Source: Acidimicrobiales bacterium
GTDB lineage: Bacteria > Actinomycetota > Acidimicrobiia > Acidimicrobiales > VFJN01
DNA: 61,361 bases
NCBI GenBank assembly: GCA_036279475.1
Contig: DASUJB010000063.1
Location: 1 to 61,361 of the forward strand
Direction of reading: 5' to 3'
Below the pieces are notes generated by a model, which ran no database searches, was not told the DNA's origin, and was given only the letters and a program-made list of their open reading frames with translations. Below are positions 9,847 to 19,463 of the stretch, piece after piece. The position numbers and the translations under genes are program-made. Each line of letters begins with the position of its first letter. Within the stretch, counting starts at the first letter, position 1.

Positions 9847-12075
9847 ATGGGATGGCGCGAGCAGCTCACCGGCTGGCGACCCTCGCTGTGGGCCGGCTGG
9901 CGGCCCAACGGCATCGGCGAGCAGAAGCCCAACCACTACCACGACATGGCCAAGGTGGCCTGGACCAACCGCAACCACCCGGTGTACGCGGCGCAGGTCC
10001 TGACCCGGGGGGCGTGCGACGGCTGCGCCCTGGGGGTGGCGGGGCTCCACGACTGGACGATCGACGGGGTCCACCTGTGCACGACCCGCTTGGAGCTCCT
10101 CGAGCTGAACACGGCGGACCCGGTCGATCCCCTCGTCCTGTCGGACGTGGCTGCCCTCCGCCGCCGCACCGGCCGCCAGCTGCGCGCCCTCGGCCGGCTG
10201 GCCCACCCCATGCGCCGCCGGCGGGGGGAGCCGGGCTTCCGGCAGGTGTCGTGGGACGAGGCGCTGGGCGCGCTGGCCGGCGGCATCGGGGCGACCAGCC
10301 CCGACCGGGTGGCGCTGTACCTCACCAGCCGCGGCATCACCAACGAGGTGTACTACGCGGCGGCCAAGGCGGCCCGGGCCCTCGGCGTGGCCAACGTCGA
10401 CTCTGCCGCCCGCGTGTGCCACGCCCCGTCGACCACCGGCCTGCGCGAGGCCATCGGCGTCGCCGCCACCACCTGCTCGTTCCGCGACGTGCTCGAGGCG
10501 CCGCTGGTCGTGCTGTGGGGAGCCAACCCGGCCAACAACCAGCCGGTGTTCATGAAGTACCTCTACCTGGCCCGGCGCCGCGGTTGCCGGGTCGTGGTCG
10601 TCAACCCCTATCTCGAGCCGGGCCTCGACCGCTACTGGGTGCCGTCCAACGTCGAGTCGGCCATCTTCGGCACGCGCATGAGCGACCTGCACGTCCCGGT
10701 GCGCCCGGGGGGCGACGTGGCCCTCGCCAGCGCCGCGCTGGCCGAGCTGATCCGGCGGGGAGCCGTGGACGAGGCGTTCGTCGCCGCCCACACCGACGGC
10801 TTCGCCGACGTGCGCGCCGCCCTGGCCGACCAGCCGCTCGACGACCTGCTGCGGCGAGCCGGGATCGAGCGACGGGTCCTCGACGCCTTCGTCGACGAGC
10901 TCGTGCGGGCCGGTGGTGCCGTCCACGTGTGGTCGATGGGCATCACCCAGCACCGCGACGCGGTGGACGGGGTGCGCGCCATCGTCAACCTGGCCCTGGC
11001 CCAGGGGTCGGTGGGCCGCGACGGCGTGGGCCTCATGCCCATCCGCGGCCACTCGGGGGTGCAGGGCGGCGCCGAGATGGGGGCCTACGCCACCGCCCTG
11101 CCCGGTGGCGTCCCGGTCGATCCCCCGCACGCGGCAGCGCTGGCCGCCGCCTGGGGCTTCCCGGTGCCGGACCGGCCCGGCCTCACGGCGCCGGAGATGG
11201 TGGAGGCCGCGGCGCGTGGCGACCTCGACGTGCTGTGGATGTCGGGCGGCAACCTGCTCGACGTCCTGCCCGACCCACCGGCCGTCGAGGCCGCCCTGGC
11301 CCGGGTGCCGCGACGCGTCCACCAGGACGTCGTGGTGACCAGCCAGATGCTGGTCGACGGGGACGACGTCGTGCTCCTCCCGGTGGCCACCCGCTACGAG
11401 CAGGAGGGGGGTGGCACGGAGACGACCACGGAGCGCCGCATCGTGTTCAGCCCCGAGATCCCCCGCCGGGTGGGCGAGGCCCGGAGCGAGTGGCGGCTGT
11501 TCGCCGACGTGGCCAGCCGGGTCCGCCCCGACCTCCGCCCTGCCTTCTCGTGGCCGACCAACCGTGACCTGCGGGCGGAGATCGCCCGGGTGGTGCCCCT
11601 CTACGCCGGCATCGAGGAGCTGGCCACCACCGGCGACGCCGTCCAGTGGGGCGGGCGCCACCTGTGCCGGGGCGGGGCCTTCCCCACCCCCTCGGGCCGG
11701 GCCCGGTTCACGGCGCTGCGCCCGGCGCCCGACGACGTGCCGGACGGCTCCTTCGTTGTCTCCACCCGCCGGGGCAAGCAGTTCAACTCGATGGTGCAGG
11801 CGGCCGTCGACCCGCTGACCGGTGCCGGCCGCGACGCCGTCCTGATGGACCCGCTCGACGCGTCCGGGCTGGGCGTCGCCGGTGGTGACCGGGTGCGGTT
11901 GCGCTCGGCGACGGGCAGCTACGAGGGCACCGTCACCCTCGTGCGCCTGCCCTCCCGCACGCTGCAGGTGCACTGGCCCGAGGGCAACGTGCTGTTGGCC
12001 GGCGGGGCCGACCACCGGGAGCCGCTCTCCCACGTGCCCGACTACAACGCGGTGGTCACCGTCGAGCGGGCGTGA
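9847..12075 (+). CDS. FdhF/YdeP-family molybdopterin oxidoreductase
   Basis: C-terminal 742 aa of ORF 8653..12075, from ATG 9847. The N-terminus NHYHDMAKVAW...CDGCALG and the length fit the YdeP family. No in-frame TGA. Confidence 0.8.
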   Translation: MGWREQLTGWRPSLWAGWRPNGIGEQKPNHYHDMAKVAWTNRNHPVYAAQVLTRGACDGCALGVAGLHDWTIDGVHLCTTRLELLELNTADPVDPLVLSDVAALRRRTGRQLRALGRLAHPMRRRRGEPGFRQVSWDEALGALAGGIGATSPDRVALYLTSRGITNEVYYAAAKAARALGVANVDSAARVCHAPSTTGLREAIGVAATTCSFRDVLEAPLVVLWGANPANNQPVFMKYLYLARRRGCRVVVVNPYLEPGLDRYWVPSNVESAIFGTRMSDLHVPVRPGGDVALASAALAELIRRGAVDEAFVAAHTDGFADVRAALADQPLDDLLRRAGIERRVLDAFVDELVRAGGAVHVWSMGITQHRDAVDGVRAIVNLALAQGSVGRDGVGLMPIRGHSGVQGGAEMGAYATALPGGVPVDPPHAAALAAAWGFPVPDRPGLTAPEMVEAAARGDLDVLWMSGGNLLDVLPDPPAVEAALARVPRRVHQDVVVTSQMLVDGDDVVLLPVATRYEQEGGGTETTTERRIVFSPEIPRRVGEARSEWRLFADVASRVRPDLRPAFSWPTNRDLRAEIARVVPLYAGIEELATTGDAVQWGGRHLCRGGAFPTPSGRARFTALRPAPDDVPDGSFVVSTRRGKQFNSMVQAAVDPLTGAGRDAVLMDPLDASGLGVAGGDRVRLRSATGSYEGTVTLVRLPSRTLQVHWPEGNVLLAGGADHREPLSHVPDYNAVVTVERA

Positions 12076-12161
12076 CGCCCCTCGGGGGACCCCGGGCCGG
12101 GCCGCCGTCGTCGCGGGAGCGGAGGACGGCGCCGTCCCGGCACGGGGTTAGCCTGGCGGGC

Positions 12162-12845
12162 ATGGTTGCGCCGCTCGCCCCCCGCACCGGCTGGAACGTG
12201 GTCCACCTGTTCTGCGCCGTCACGCCCCAGGTCGATCGCCATGCGATCGCCCAGGCCGTGAAGGAGGTCGAGGCCGACGACCACCAGGTGGTGCCCGTGG
12301 CCGTCGTCGGCCACAAGGCGGACCTCTGCTTCCTCGCCCTCGGGCCCGACCTGTGGCGGTTGCGGCGCTTCCAGACGGCGCTCGTCGCCGCCGGGCTCGC
12401 CGTGGTGGACAGCTACGTGTCGCTGACCGAGGTGTCCGAGTACGCCCAGGGGATGCCCGAGCAGAGGAAGAGCGCCCGGCTCCACCCCCAGCTCCCCCCG
12501 GAGGGGAAGACGGCGTTCTGCTTCTACCCCATGTCGAAGCGGCGGGGGGACGTCCACAACTGGTACGAGCTGCCCTACGAGGACCGTGAGCAGCTCATGC
12601 TGGGCCACGGCGGCTCGGGGCGGCAGTTCGCGGGTCGGGTCCTGCAGCTCGTCACCGGGTCGACCGGCGTCGACGACTACGAGTGGGGCGTCACCCTCTT
12701 CGGCCAGCACCCCGACGACCTCAAGGACTGCGTCTACGCCATGCGCTACGACCCGGCGTCGGCGCGCTTCGCCGAGTTCGGCCCGTTCGTGACGGGGGCG
12801 GTGGCGCCCCTCGACGAGGTCCTGGCTGCGGTGGGCGTGGCCTGA
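12162..12845 (+). CDS. hemQ: Chlorite-dismutase-family coproheme decarboxylase (HemQ/ChdC)
   Basis: 227 aa from ATG 12162. FCFYPMSKRR...NWYELPYEDR...WGVTLF pattern. Confidence 0.8.
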   Translation: MVAPLAPRTGWNVVHLFCAVTPQVDRHAIAQAVKEVEADDHQVVPVAVVGHKADLCFLALGPDLWRLRRFQTALVAAGLAVVDSYVSLTEVSEYAQGMPEQRKSARLHPQLPPEGKTAFCFYPMSKRRGDVHNWYELPYEDREQLMLGHGGSGRQFAGRVLQLVTGSTGVDDYEWGVTLFGQHPDDLKDCVYAMRYDPASARFAEFGPFVTGAVAPLDEVLAAVGVA

Positions 12846-13019
12846 CGCCCAGCCGAGGGCGGCGTCCCTGCGCGATGCGCCTCGCGACACGCCGCTCCGG
12901 TGACGGATCCGTGAACAGCGGCGCCAGGGGAGGGCGCGAAACCAACTTGCGCTCCCTGCCCGCGTACACTCGCCCCCCGGTCGGCGAGACGGGGAGATCC
13001 CATCCATGAGAGCACCTGC

Positions 13020-14354
13020 ATGCGGCGGTTGACGCGGGTCGTCCTCACCTCGGTCGCCGTGCTGGTCGCCGTGGGCGGGGCCGCTCCCGCCGGTGCCCAG
13101 GAGCCGCCATCGTCCCCCGGGCCCACGACGGCGACGGAGGGGAGCCCGGGCGGCCAGGTGGTGCGAGGGACGCTGGGCTACGACGACGAGGAGGGAGAGG
13201 AGGTGCCCGTCGAGGGCATCGCCGTCACGGTGGCGTCGCAGGACGGCGCCTTCTCCCGCCGGGCCACCACCGACGAGGACGGCCGCTTCGCGGTGCCGGT
13301 GCCCGGCCCCGGCAGCTACGTCGCCACCATCGACCCCGACTCCATCCCCGACGACCTGTCGCTGCGTGACGAGGAGCGCACGGAGCTCTCCTTCGACCTC
13401 GGGCCCGGCCAGTCGCGCAGCGTGCTCTTCCCCCTGGTCTCGGGCGAGGGGGGCCAGGGGAGCGACCCCTTCGTCGACCGCTTCCTGCGCCTCGGCGTCG
13501 AGGGCGTCAAGTTCGGGCTCATCATCGCCATCTGCGCCGTGGGGCTGTCGCTCATCTTCGGCACCACCGGCCTCACGAACTTCGCCCACGGCGAGATGGT
13601 GACCTACGGGGCGCTGATCGCCTACCTGTTCAACGTCACGATCGGGTGGCCGATGCTCGTGGCCGGGCCCCTGGCGGTGGCGGTGGGGGTGGCCACCGGG
13701 TTCCTCATCGACCGGGCGTTCTGGCGGCCGTTGCACCGTCGGGGCACGGGCCTGGTGGCCATGCTGGTCATCACCATCGGCCTGGGCCTCCTCATCCGGT
13801 ACGTCTTCCTGTACCAGTTCCAGGGGCGCACCCGCACCTACGCCGACTACCAGCTCCAGAGGCAGGGCCTCGACCTCGGCCCCGTCACCATCGTGCCCCG
13901 CGACCTGGCCACGATCGGGCTGTCGACGGTCGTGCTGGTGCTGGTGGCGGTCTTCCTCCAGAGGACACGGGTGGGCAAGGCCATGCGGGCCGTGGCCGAC
14001 AACCGCGACCTGGCCGAGTCCTCGGGCATCGACGTCGAGAGGGTGGTGGGCTACGTGTGGGCCTCCGGCGCCGGCCTGGCTGCGCTGGGTGGCATCCTGC
14101 TGGGCCTCTCCGAGCAGGTGAGCTGGGTGATGGGCTTCCAGCTCCTGCTGCTCATGTTCGCGGGCGTCACCCTCGGCGGCCTGGGCACCGCCTACGGCGC
14201 CCTGGTGGGCGGCCTGGTGGTGGGCCTCTTCGTCCAGCTGTCGACGCTGTGGATCGCCCCCGAGCTCAAGAACGTGGGAGCGCTGGTGATCCTCATCGTC
14301 GTCCTGCTGGTCCGGCCGCAGGGCATCCTCGGCCAGCCCGAGCGGGTGGGGTAG
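13020..14354 (+). CDS. livH: Branched-chain amino acid ABC permease (LivH-type) with ~150-aa N-terminal secreted extension
   Basis: 444 aa. A signal peptide (VAVLVAVGGAAPAGAQ) is followed by a beta-rich segment (VPVEGIAVTVASQDG...DEDGRFAVPVPGPGSYVATI). The canonical LivH core starts at FLRLGVEGVKFGLIIAICAVGLSLIFG. Confidence 0.8.
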   Translation: MRRLTRVVLTSVAVLVAVGGAAPAGAQEPPSSPGPTTATEGSPGGQVVRGTLGYDDEEGEEVPVEGIAVTVASQDGAFSRRATTDEDGRFAVPVPGPGSYVATIDPDSIPDDLSLRDEERTELSFDLGPGQSRSVLFPLVSGEGGQGSDPFVDRFLRLGVEGVKFGLIIAICAVGLSLIFGTTGLTNFAHGEMVTYGALIAYLFNVTIGWPMLVAGPLAVAVGVATGFLIDRAFWRPLHRRGTGLVAMLVITIGLGLLIRYVFLYQFQGRTRTYADYQLQRQGLDLGPVTIVPRDLATIGLSTVVLVLVAVFLQRTRVGKAMRAVADNRDLAESSGIDVERVVGYVWASGAGLAALGGILLGLSEQVSWVMGFQLLLLMFAGVTLGGLGTAYGALVGGLVVGLFVQLSTLWIAPELKNVGALVILIVVLLVRPQGILGQPERVG

Positions 14355-14359
14355 CGGAA

Positions 14360-15352
14360 GTGGACTGGGAACGGATCTTCAGCAACACCCTCGAGGCGGG
14401 CATCGGCCGCGACGCCATGGTGTACGCCCTGGCCGCCATCGGCCTGAACCTCCACTTCGGCTACACGGGCCTGCTCAACTTCGGCCAGGTCGGCTTCATG
14501 GCGGTCGGCGCCTACGGGGTGGGCATCTCCGTGCTGGAGCTGGGATGGCCGTTGTGGGTGGGCGTGGCGGTGGGCGTCGGCGCCGCCGTCCTCCTGGGCC
14601 TCCTCCTCGGCGTCCCCACGCTCCGCCTGCGGGCCGACTACCTGGCCATCGCCACGATCGCTGCCGGCGAGATCCTTCGCTTCGTCTTCCGGGCCGCCGA
14701 GTTCCGCGACGTCACCGGTGGGTCGAACGGCATCAACGGCTTCGCCGGCGACTTCTTCGACGTCAACCCGTTCGGCAGCGGCGAGTACGGGTGGTGGCTG
14801 GTCACCTTCGACGAGAACCAGATGTGGATACTGACCGTCGGGTGGGCGCTCGTGCTGGTGGCGGTCCTCCTGGTCTGGGCACTCACCCGCAGCCCGTGGG
14901 GCCGGGTGCTCAAGGCCATCCGGGAGGACGAGGACGCGGTGCGGGCGCTGGGCAAGAACGTCTACGCCTACAAGCTCCAGAGCCTCGTCGTCGGGGGCGT
15001 CATCGGTGCCCTGGCCGGCTCGATGCTCGCCATCTCGGCCCGGTCCGTCCAGCCCGACAACTACGGGACGGCCACCACGTTCTTCGCCTACGTCTGCCTG
15101 CTGCTCGGGGGGGCGGCCACCGTGTGGGGACCGGTGGTCGGCTCGATGATCTTCTGGTTCATCATGTCCTTCACCGAGAACGTGCTGCGGCAGGCGGTCG
15201 ACAACGGCCACATCCCCGAGGGCATCATGACCGGCACCCAGGTGGGCCAGGTCCGCTTCATGCTGGTGGGCCTGCTCCTCGTCCTGCTCATGGTCTTCCG
15301 CCCCCAGGGCCTGTTCGGCGACCGGCGAGAGATCGCCCTGACCACCAGGTGA
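14360..15352 (+). CDS. livM: Branched-chain amino acid ABC permease (LivM-type)
   Basis: From GTG 14360 within ORF 13646..15352. LNLHFGYTGLLNFGQVGFMAVGAYG. Confidence 0.8.
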   Translation: MDWERIFSNTLEAGIGRDAMVYALAAIGLNLHFGYTGLLNFGQVGFMAVGAYGVGISVLELGWPLWVGVAVGVGAAVLLGLLLGVPTLRLRADYLAIATIAAGEILRFVFRAAEFRDVTGGSNGINGFAGDFFDVNPFGSGEYGWWLVTFDENQMWILTVGWALVLVAVLLVWALTRSPWGRVLKAIREDEDAVRALGKNVYAYKLQSLVVGGVIGALAGSMLAISARSVQPDNYGTATTFFAYVCLLLGGAATVWGPVVGSMIFWFIMSFTENVLRQAVDNGHIPEGIMTGTQVGQVRFMLVGLLLVLLMVFRPQGLFGDRREIALTTR

Positions 15353-15359
15353 CTGCCGC

Positions 15360-16310
15360 ATGACGGAGACCGAGGCCACCCGTCCCCTCCCCGCCAGCCG
15401 TGGGGTCGGGCCCGACGCCTTCGAGCACGTGCCCGAGGTGCCCGGCGTCCCCAAGCCCGACCCCATCCTGGTCGCCGACGGCGTCACACGCCGCTTCGGG
15501 GGGCTCACCGCCGTCGAGGTCGACCACCTCGAGGTGCAGCGGGGGGCCATCACCGGCCTGATCGGGCCAAACGGCGCCGGCAAGACCACCCTCTTCAACC
15601 TGCTGACCGGCTTCGACCGCCCCGACGGCGGCACGTGGCGCTTCGACGGGCGGGACGTGACGGGGCTCCCCGCCCACAGGGTGGCCAAGATGGGCATGGT
15701 GCGGACGTTCCAGCTCACCAAGGCCCTGTCCCGGCTCACGGTGATGGACAACATGAAGCTGGGGGCGGCCGGGCAGGTGGGGGAGCGCTTCCTCTCGGCC
15801 CTCGTGCCCTCGCGCTGGCGGTCCCAGGAGGCCGCCAACGAGGAGAGGGCCGAGGCCCTGCTCGACCGGTTCAACCTCGGCCACATGCGCGACGAGTTCG
15901 CCGGTGCCCTGTCCGGCGGGCAACGCAAGCTGCTGGAGATGGCCCGGGCCCTCATGGTGGAGCCCCGGCTGGTCATGCTCGACGAGCCGATGGCGGGCGT
16001 GAACCCAGCCCTGGCCCAGTCCATCGTCGGGCACGTGCAGAGCCTGGCGGCCGACGGGCTCACCGTGGTGTTCGTCGAGCACGACATGGACGTCGTGCGC
16101 ACCATCAGCGACTGGGTGGTGGTGATGGCCGAGGGCCAGGTCGTGGCGGAGGGCCGGCACCGCTCGATCGTGGCCGACGAACGGGTGATCGACGCCTACC
16201 TCGGCCGCCACCACGGCACCTTGGGGGGCGAGGTGGACGAGGACCGGATCCTGGCCGAGGCCGAGGCCGAGATCGCGGCCGAGGAGCACGCCCGCGGGGA
16301 GCGCGCATGA
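15360..16310 (+). CDS. livG: ABC transporter ATP-binding protein (LivG-type)
   Basis: 316 aa. Walker A GPNGAGKTT, signature LSGGQRKLLEMA, Walker B LVMLDEP. Confidence 0.85.
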   Translation: MTETEATRPLPASRGVGPDAFEHVPEVPGVPKPDPILVADGVTRRFGGLTAVEVDHLEVQRGAITGLIGPNGAGKTTLFNLLTGFDRPDGGTWRFDGRDVTGLPAHRVAKMGMVRTFQLTKALSRLTVMDNMKLGAAGQVGERFLSALVPSRWRSQEAANEERAEALLDRFNLGHMRDEFAGALSGGQRKLLEMARALMVEPRLVMLDEPMAGVNPALAQSIVGHVQSLAADGLTVVFVEHDMDVVRTISDWVVVMAEGQVVAEGRHRSIVADERVIDAYLGRHHGTLGGEVDEDRILAEAEAEIAAEEHARGERA

Positions 16311-17080
16311 CCGACACACCCGCCGGCCGAGCCGGCGCCGCCCGCCCCGAGGACGGTCCCGTGCTGCTCGAGGCGCGGGACGTCGTGGCCGGCTACGTGC
16401 CGGGTGTCAACATCCTCGACGGCACCAACCTCGCCCTCCACGACGGCGAGCTCGTCGCCGTCATCGGCCCCAACGGCGCCGGGAAGTCCACGTTGGTCAA
16501 GGCGCTCTTCGGCCTCGTCCCCCTCCGCTCGGGGGCGGTGCTCTACGCCGGCGAGGACGTCACCGGCATGAAGGCCCACGAGCTGGTGTCGCGGGGGATC
16601 GGCTACGTGCCGCAGAACGACAACGTGTTCCCCCGGCTGACCGTCGAGGAGAACCTCGAGATGGGCCTGTACCTGCGGGCCAGGCAGTTCGCCGAGCGGT
16701 TCGAGGCCGTGACCGCCATGTTCCCCCGCCTGGGCGAGCGGCGGAGGCAGCGGTCGGGGTCGCTGTCGGGTGGCGAGCGACAGATGCTGGCTATGGGCCG
16801 GGCGTTGATGATGGACCCTCGCGTGCTGCTCCTCGACGAGCCGTCGGCCGGCTTGTCACCGGCCTACCAGGACGAGGTGTTCGTCAACTGCCGCCGCATC
16901 AACGAGTCCGGCGTGTCCATCGTGATGGTGGAGCAGAACGCCAGCCGCTGCCTGCAGATCTGCCACCGGGGCTACGTGCTCGACCAGGGCCGCAACGCCT
17001 ACACCGACCGTGGCGAGGCCCTGCTGCACGATCCCAAGGTCATCGAGCTCTACCTGGGCACTCTGGCCACCGTGGACTGA
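16307..17080 (+). CDS. livF: ABC transporter ATP-binding protein (LivF-type)
   Basis: ATG 16307 overlaps the livG stop (ATGA). GPNGAGKST, LSGGERQMLAMG, LLLDEPS. Confidence 0.85.
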   Translation: MTDTPAGRAGAARPEDGPVLLEARDVVAGYVPGVNILDGTNLALHDGELVAVIGPNGAGKSTLVKALFGLVPLRSGAVLYAGEDVTGMKAHELVSRGIGYVPQNDNVFPRLTVEENLEMGLYLRARQFAERFEAVTAMFPRLGERRRQRSGSLSGGERQMLAMGRALMMDPRVLLLDEPSAGLSPAYQDEVFVNCRRINESGVSIVMVEQNASRCLQICHRGYVLDQGRNAYTDRGEALLHDPKVIELYLGTLATVD

Positions 17081-17128
17081 CGCCGGCACCCGACCCCGGG
17101 AGGTAGTGGCCGGCCCGGGGACGCCGCG

Positions 17129-17150
17129 AGGGCCGGCCCGGGCCGGCCCT
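17129..17150. terminator. Perfect 22-nt GC palindrome between convergent livF and the binding-protein gene (candidate bidirectional terminator)
   Basis: agggccggcccgggccggccct equals its own reverse complement. It sits in the 103-bp convergent intergenic gap. Confidence 0.45.
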
Positions 17151-17183
17151 CGCCGGTGGTCGATCGGTCGCGCCCCGGCCCCC

Positions 17184-18509
17184 TCAGAGCTGGCCGGTGC
17201 GGTACTGGGTCTTGGCGTTGTCGATCCTGTTGTCCGGCCCGTAGGTGGAGATCGAGAAGCTGGCTTCGGTCGGCTCGCCCCGGCGGGAGAAGGTCTGGGG
17301 ACCGGAGGGGCCGTCGTAGTCGATGTCGGTGGTCCCCGCGTCGATGAGGGCCTTGCAGTCGGCGAAGGTGGTGCACCTCTCGCCCTTGCCGGTCACGCCG
17401 TTGACGAAGGTCGCCACCTTGGCGGGGTCGTCGGTGCCGGCCAGCTCGGCGGCGAGGGCGGTGATTATGACCGCGTCGTAGGACTCGGGGGCGTAGCTGA
17501 AGTCGATCAGCTTGGGATCGACGCCGAGGAGCTGCTTGCGGAAGTCCTGGGTCACCTCGGCCGCCGGCTGGGTGCCCTGGACGCCGACGAGGGCGCCGCG
17601 CTGGCTGAAGTCGTCACCGGTGGCGTTCCCGATGTTGCCGTCCACCAGGTACAGCTGGTCGGGCTTGATGCCGGCCTCGAAGAGGGACGTCATGATGCGG
17701 CTCGACTCGTCGAAGCCGATGACGGCCACGGCGTCGGGGTCGGCGGACACGACCTCGTCGACCTCGGCGTCGAAGCTCTCGGCTTGCGGGTTGTACACCA
17801 CCTCCTCGACGACCTCGCCGCCGCCCTCCTCGAAGGGCGCCTTGGTGTACCGCAGGAGGCCCTCGCCGTAGGGGTCCTGCAGCGCCATGATCGTCGCCGT
17901 GGACTTGCCGTCCTCCAGCATGAGGTCACCGAGGACCCGGCCCTGCAGCACGTCGGACGGGGCGGTGCGGAAGAACATGTCGCCGTCGTCGTAGGTGGTG
18001 AGCTCGGGGGTGGTCGCCGCCGGGGAGAACAGGATGGTGCAGGCGTCGGCCACCTTGTCGATGACCGTCAGCGTGACCCCCGACGAGGCCGCCCCGAGGA
18101 CGACGTCGACGCCCTCGTTGAGGTGGCGGTCGACGGTCTGGTTGGCGATGTCGGTCGAGGTGTCCCCGGAGTCGCCCGGCGCGTAGCGGACGGGCTTGCC
18201 CAGGACGCCGCCGCCGGCGTTGAGCTCGTTGACGGCCAGGCGGGTGGCGGCCTCCATGGGAGGGCCGAGGAAGGAGAGGTTGCCCGTCTCCGGCAGCAGG
18301 CCGCCGATCTGGAGGACGCCGTCGGCCTCGCCCGAGCAGCCGGGCGACGCCTCGCCGAACTCGGGCGCGGCCATGGCGCCGCCGCCGGAGCCGTCCTCGG
18401 CTGCGCCGTCACCGGCCTCGCTGTCGTCGTCGTCCCCGCAGGCGGCGGCCAGCAGGGACAGGCCGCACAGCGTGGCGAGGAGCCGAGTCGAACGGCGTCG
18501 CGGTGGCAT
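17184..18509 (-). CDS. ABC transporter substrate-binding lipoprotein (Leu/Ile/Val-binding family)
   Basis: 441 aa. Lipobox LLAAC followed by an acidic linker, then IGGLLPETGNLSFLG typical of type-1 periplasmic binding proteins. Confidence 0.8.
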   Translation of the reverse strand: MPPRRRSTRLLATLCGLSLLAAACGDDDDSEAGDGAAEDGSGGGAMAAPEFGEASPGCSGEADGVLQIGGLLPETGNLSFLGPPMEAATRLAVNELNAGGGVLGKPVRYAPGDSGDTSTDIANQTVDRHLNEGVDVVLGAASSGVTLTVIDKVADACTILFSPAATTPELTTYDDGDMFFRTAPSDVLQGRVLGDLMLEDGKSTATIMALQDPYGEGLLRYTKAPFEEGGGEVVEEVVYNPQAESFDAEVDEVVSADPDAVAVIGFDESSRIMTSLFEAGIKPDQLYLVDGNIGNATGDDFSQRGALVGVQGTQPAAEVTQDFRKQLLGVDPKLIDFSYAPESYDAVIITALAAELAGTDDPAKVATFVNGVTGKGERCTTFADCKALIDAGTTDIDYDGPSGPQTFSRRGEPTEASFSISTYGPDNRIDNAKTQYRTGQL

Positions 18510-18743
18510 GGCACACTCCTGTCGTGGGTCGTTCCGCCGGCTGGCGGCACGCGGGGGCCGAATCGCCCGCGTCAGCGGACAGGTCTACCACCCTGGGGGA
18601 TCGTCGCGTGGCACAGTGGGCGGCTGCGGGGCGCACGGTCGACACCTTGTACGGTCCCTTGCCGTGAGGCCGTCGGTGCCTGCACCTCCACGCCGCGGTG
18701 CGGCCGGCCACCGCGGCCGCACGTCCCCGACCTGCAGGGAGCG

Positions 18744-19463
18744 ATGACGATGGCCACCGAGCTCCTCTACCTGGACGACGCCTACCTGCGCTCGACCGCC
18801 GCGGTGGTGAGGGCCGTGGCGGGCGACCGGGTCGCGCTCGACCGCACGGTCCTCTACCCCACGGGGGGCGGCCAGCCGCACGACACGGGCATGCTCCGCG
18901 GCCCGGCGGGATCGGCCCGGGTGGTGGACGTCCGCCGGGACGGCGCCGAGGTGTGGCACGCGCTCGAGGGGACGGCCCCCGCCGTCGGCGACGCGGCCGA
19001 GGTCGAGGTCGACTGGGAGCGGCGCCACCGGCTCATGCGCACCCACACCGCCCTCCACGTGTTGTGCGGCGTGGTCTGGAACGAGTGGGGAGTGCCGGTG
19101 ACCGGCGGCAACATGGAGCCGCTGCGCGCCCGCATGGACTTCGAGCTGGATCCCGTGCCCCCCGGCTTCGGCCCCCGGGTCGAGGAGATGGTGGCAGCCG
19201 AGATCGCCGCCGACCGCCCCGTCGAGGTGACGACCATCCCGCGGTCGGAGGCCGTCCTCGACGACGCCCTCGTCCGGACCAAGGTCAGCCTGGTGCCGGA
19301 GTCGGTGACCACCATCCGCGTCGTGGACATCGTGGGCCTCGACAAGCAGGCGGACGGTGGTACCCACGTGCGCTCCACCGCCGAGGTCGGCGCGGTGCGG
19401 GTGGTGAGGACCGAGTCCAAGGGCAGGGGGAACAAGCGGGTGCGCATCGAGGTGGTCGACTGA
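18744..19463 (+). CDS. alaX: Alanyl-tRNA editing protein AlaX-type (Ala/Thr-tRNA synthetase second additional domain)
   Basis: 239 aa from ATG 18744. HTALHVLCG ... ADGGTHV zinc/editing motifs. Confidence 0.75.
   Translation: MTMATELLYLDDAYLRSTAAVVRAVAGDRVALDRTVLYPTGGGQPHDTGMLRGPAGSARVVDVRRDGAEVWHALEGTAPAVGDAAEVEVDWERRHRLMRTHTALHVLCGVVWNEWGVPVTGGNMEPLRARMDFELDPVPPGFGPRVEEMVAAEIAADRPVEVTTIPRSEAVLDDALVRTKVSLVPESVTTIRVVDIVGLDKQADGGTHVRSTAEVGAVRVVRTESKGRGNKRVRIEVVD

Noticed and set aside
9847-12075. Selenocysteine-containing formate dehydrogenase (in-frame TGA plus SECIS).
   Set aside because: The reading frame is uninterrupted by TGA, and the N-terminal Cys cluster reads as ordinary Cys codons. 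This fits a YdeP-type Cys enzyme.
12846-13019. Riboswitch or leader upstream of the liv-type transporter (a small hairpin gggagggcgc...gcgctccctg and a relatively AT-richer stretch).
   Set aside because: I could not match it to any riboswitch or T-box architecture I know. The hairpin is short (about 6 bp) and may just follow hemQ. There is not enough evidence to call it.
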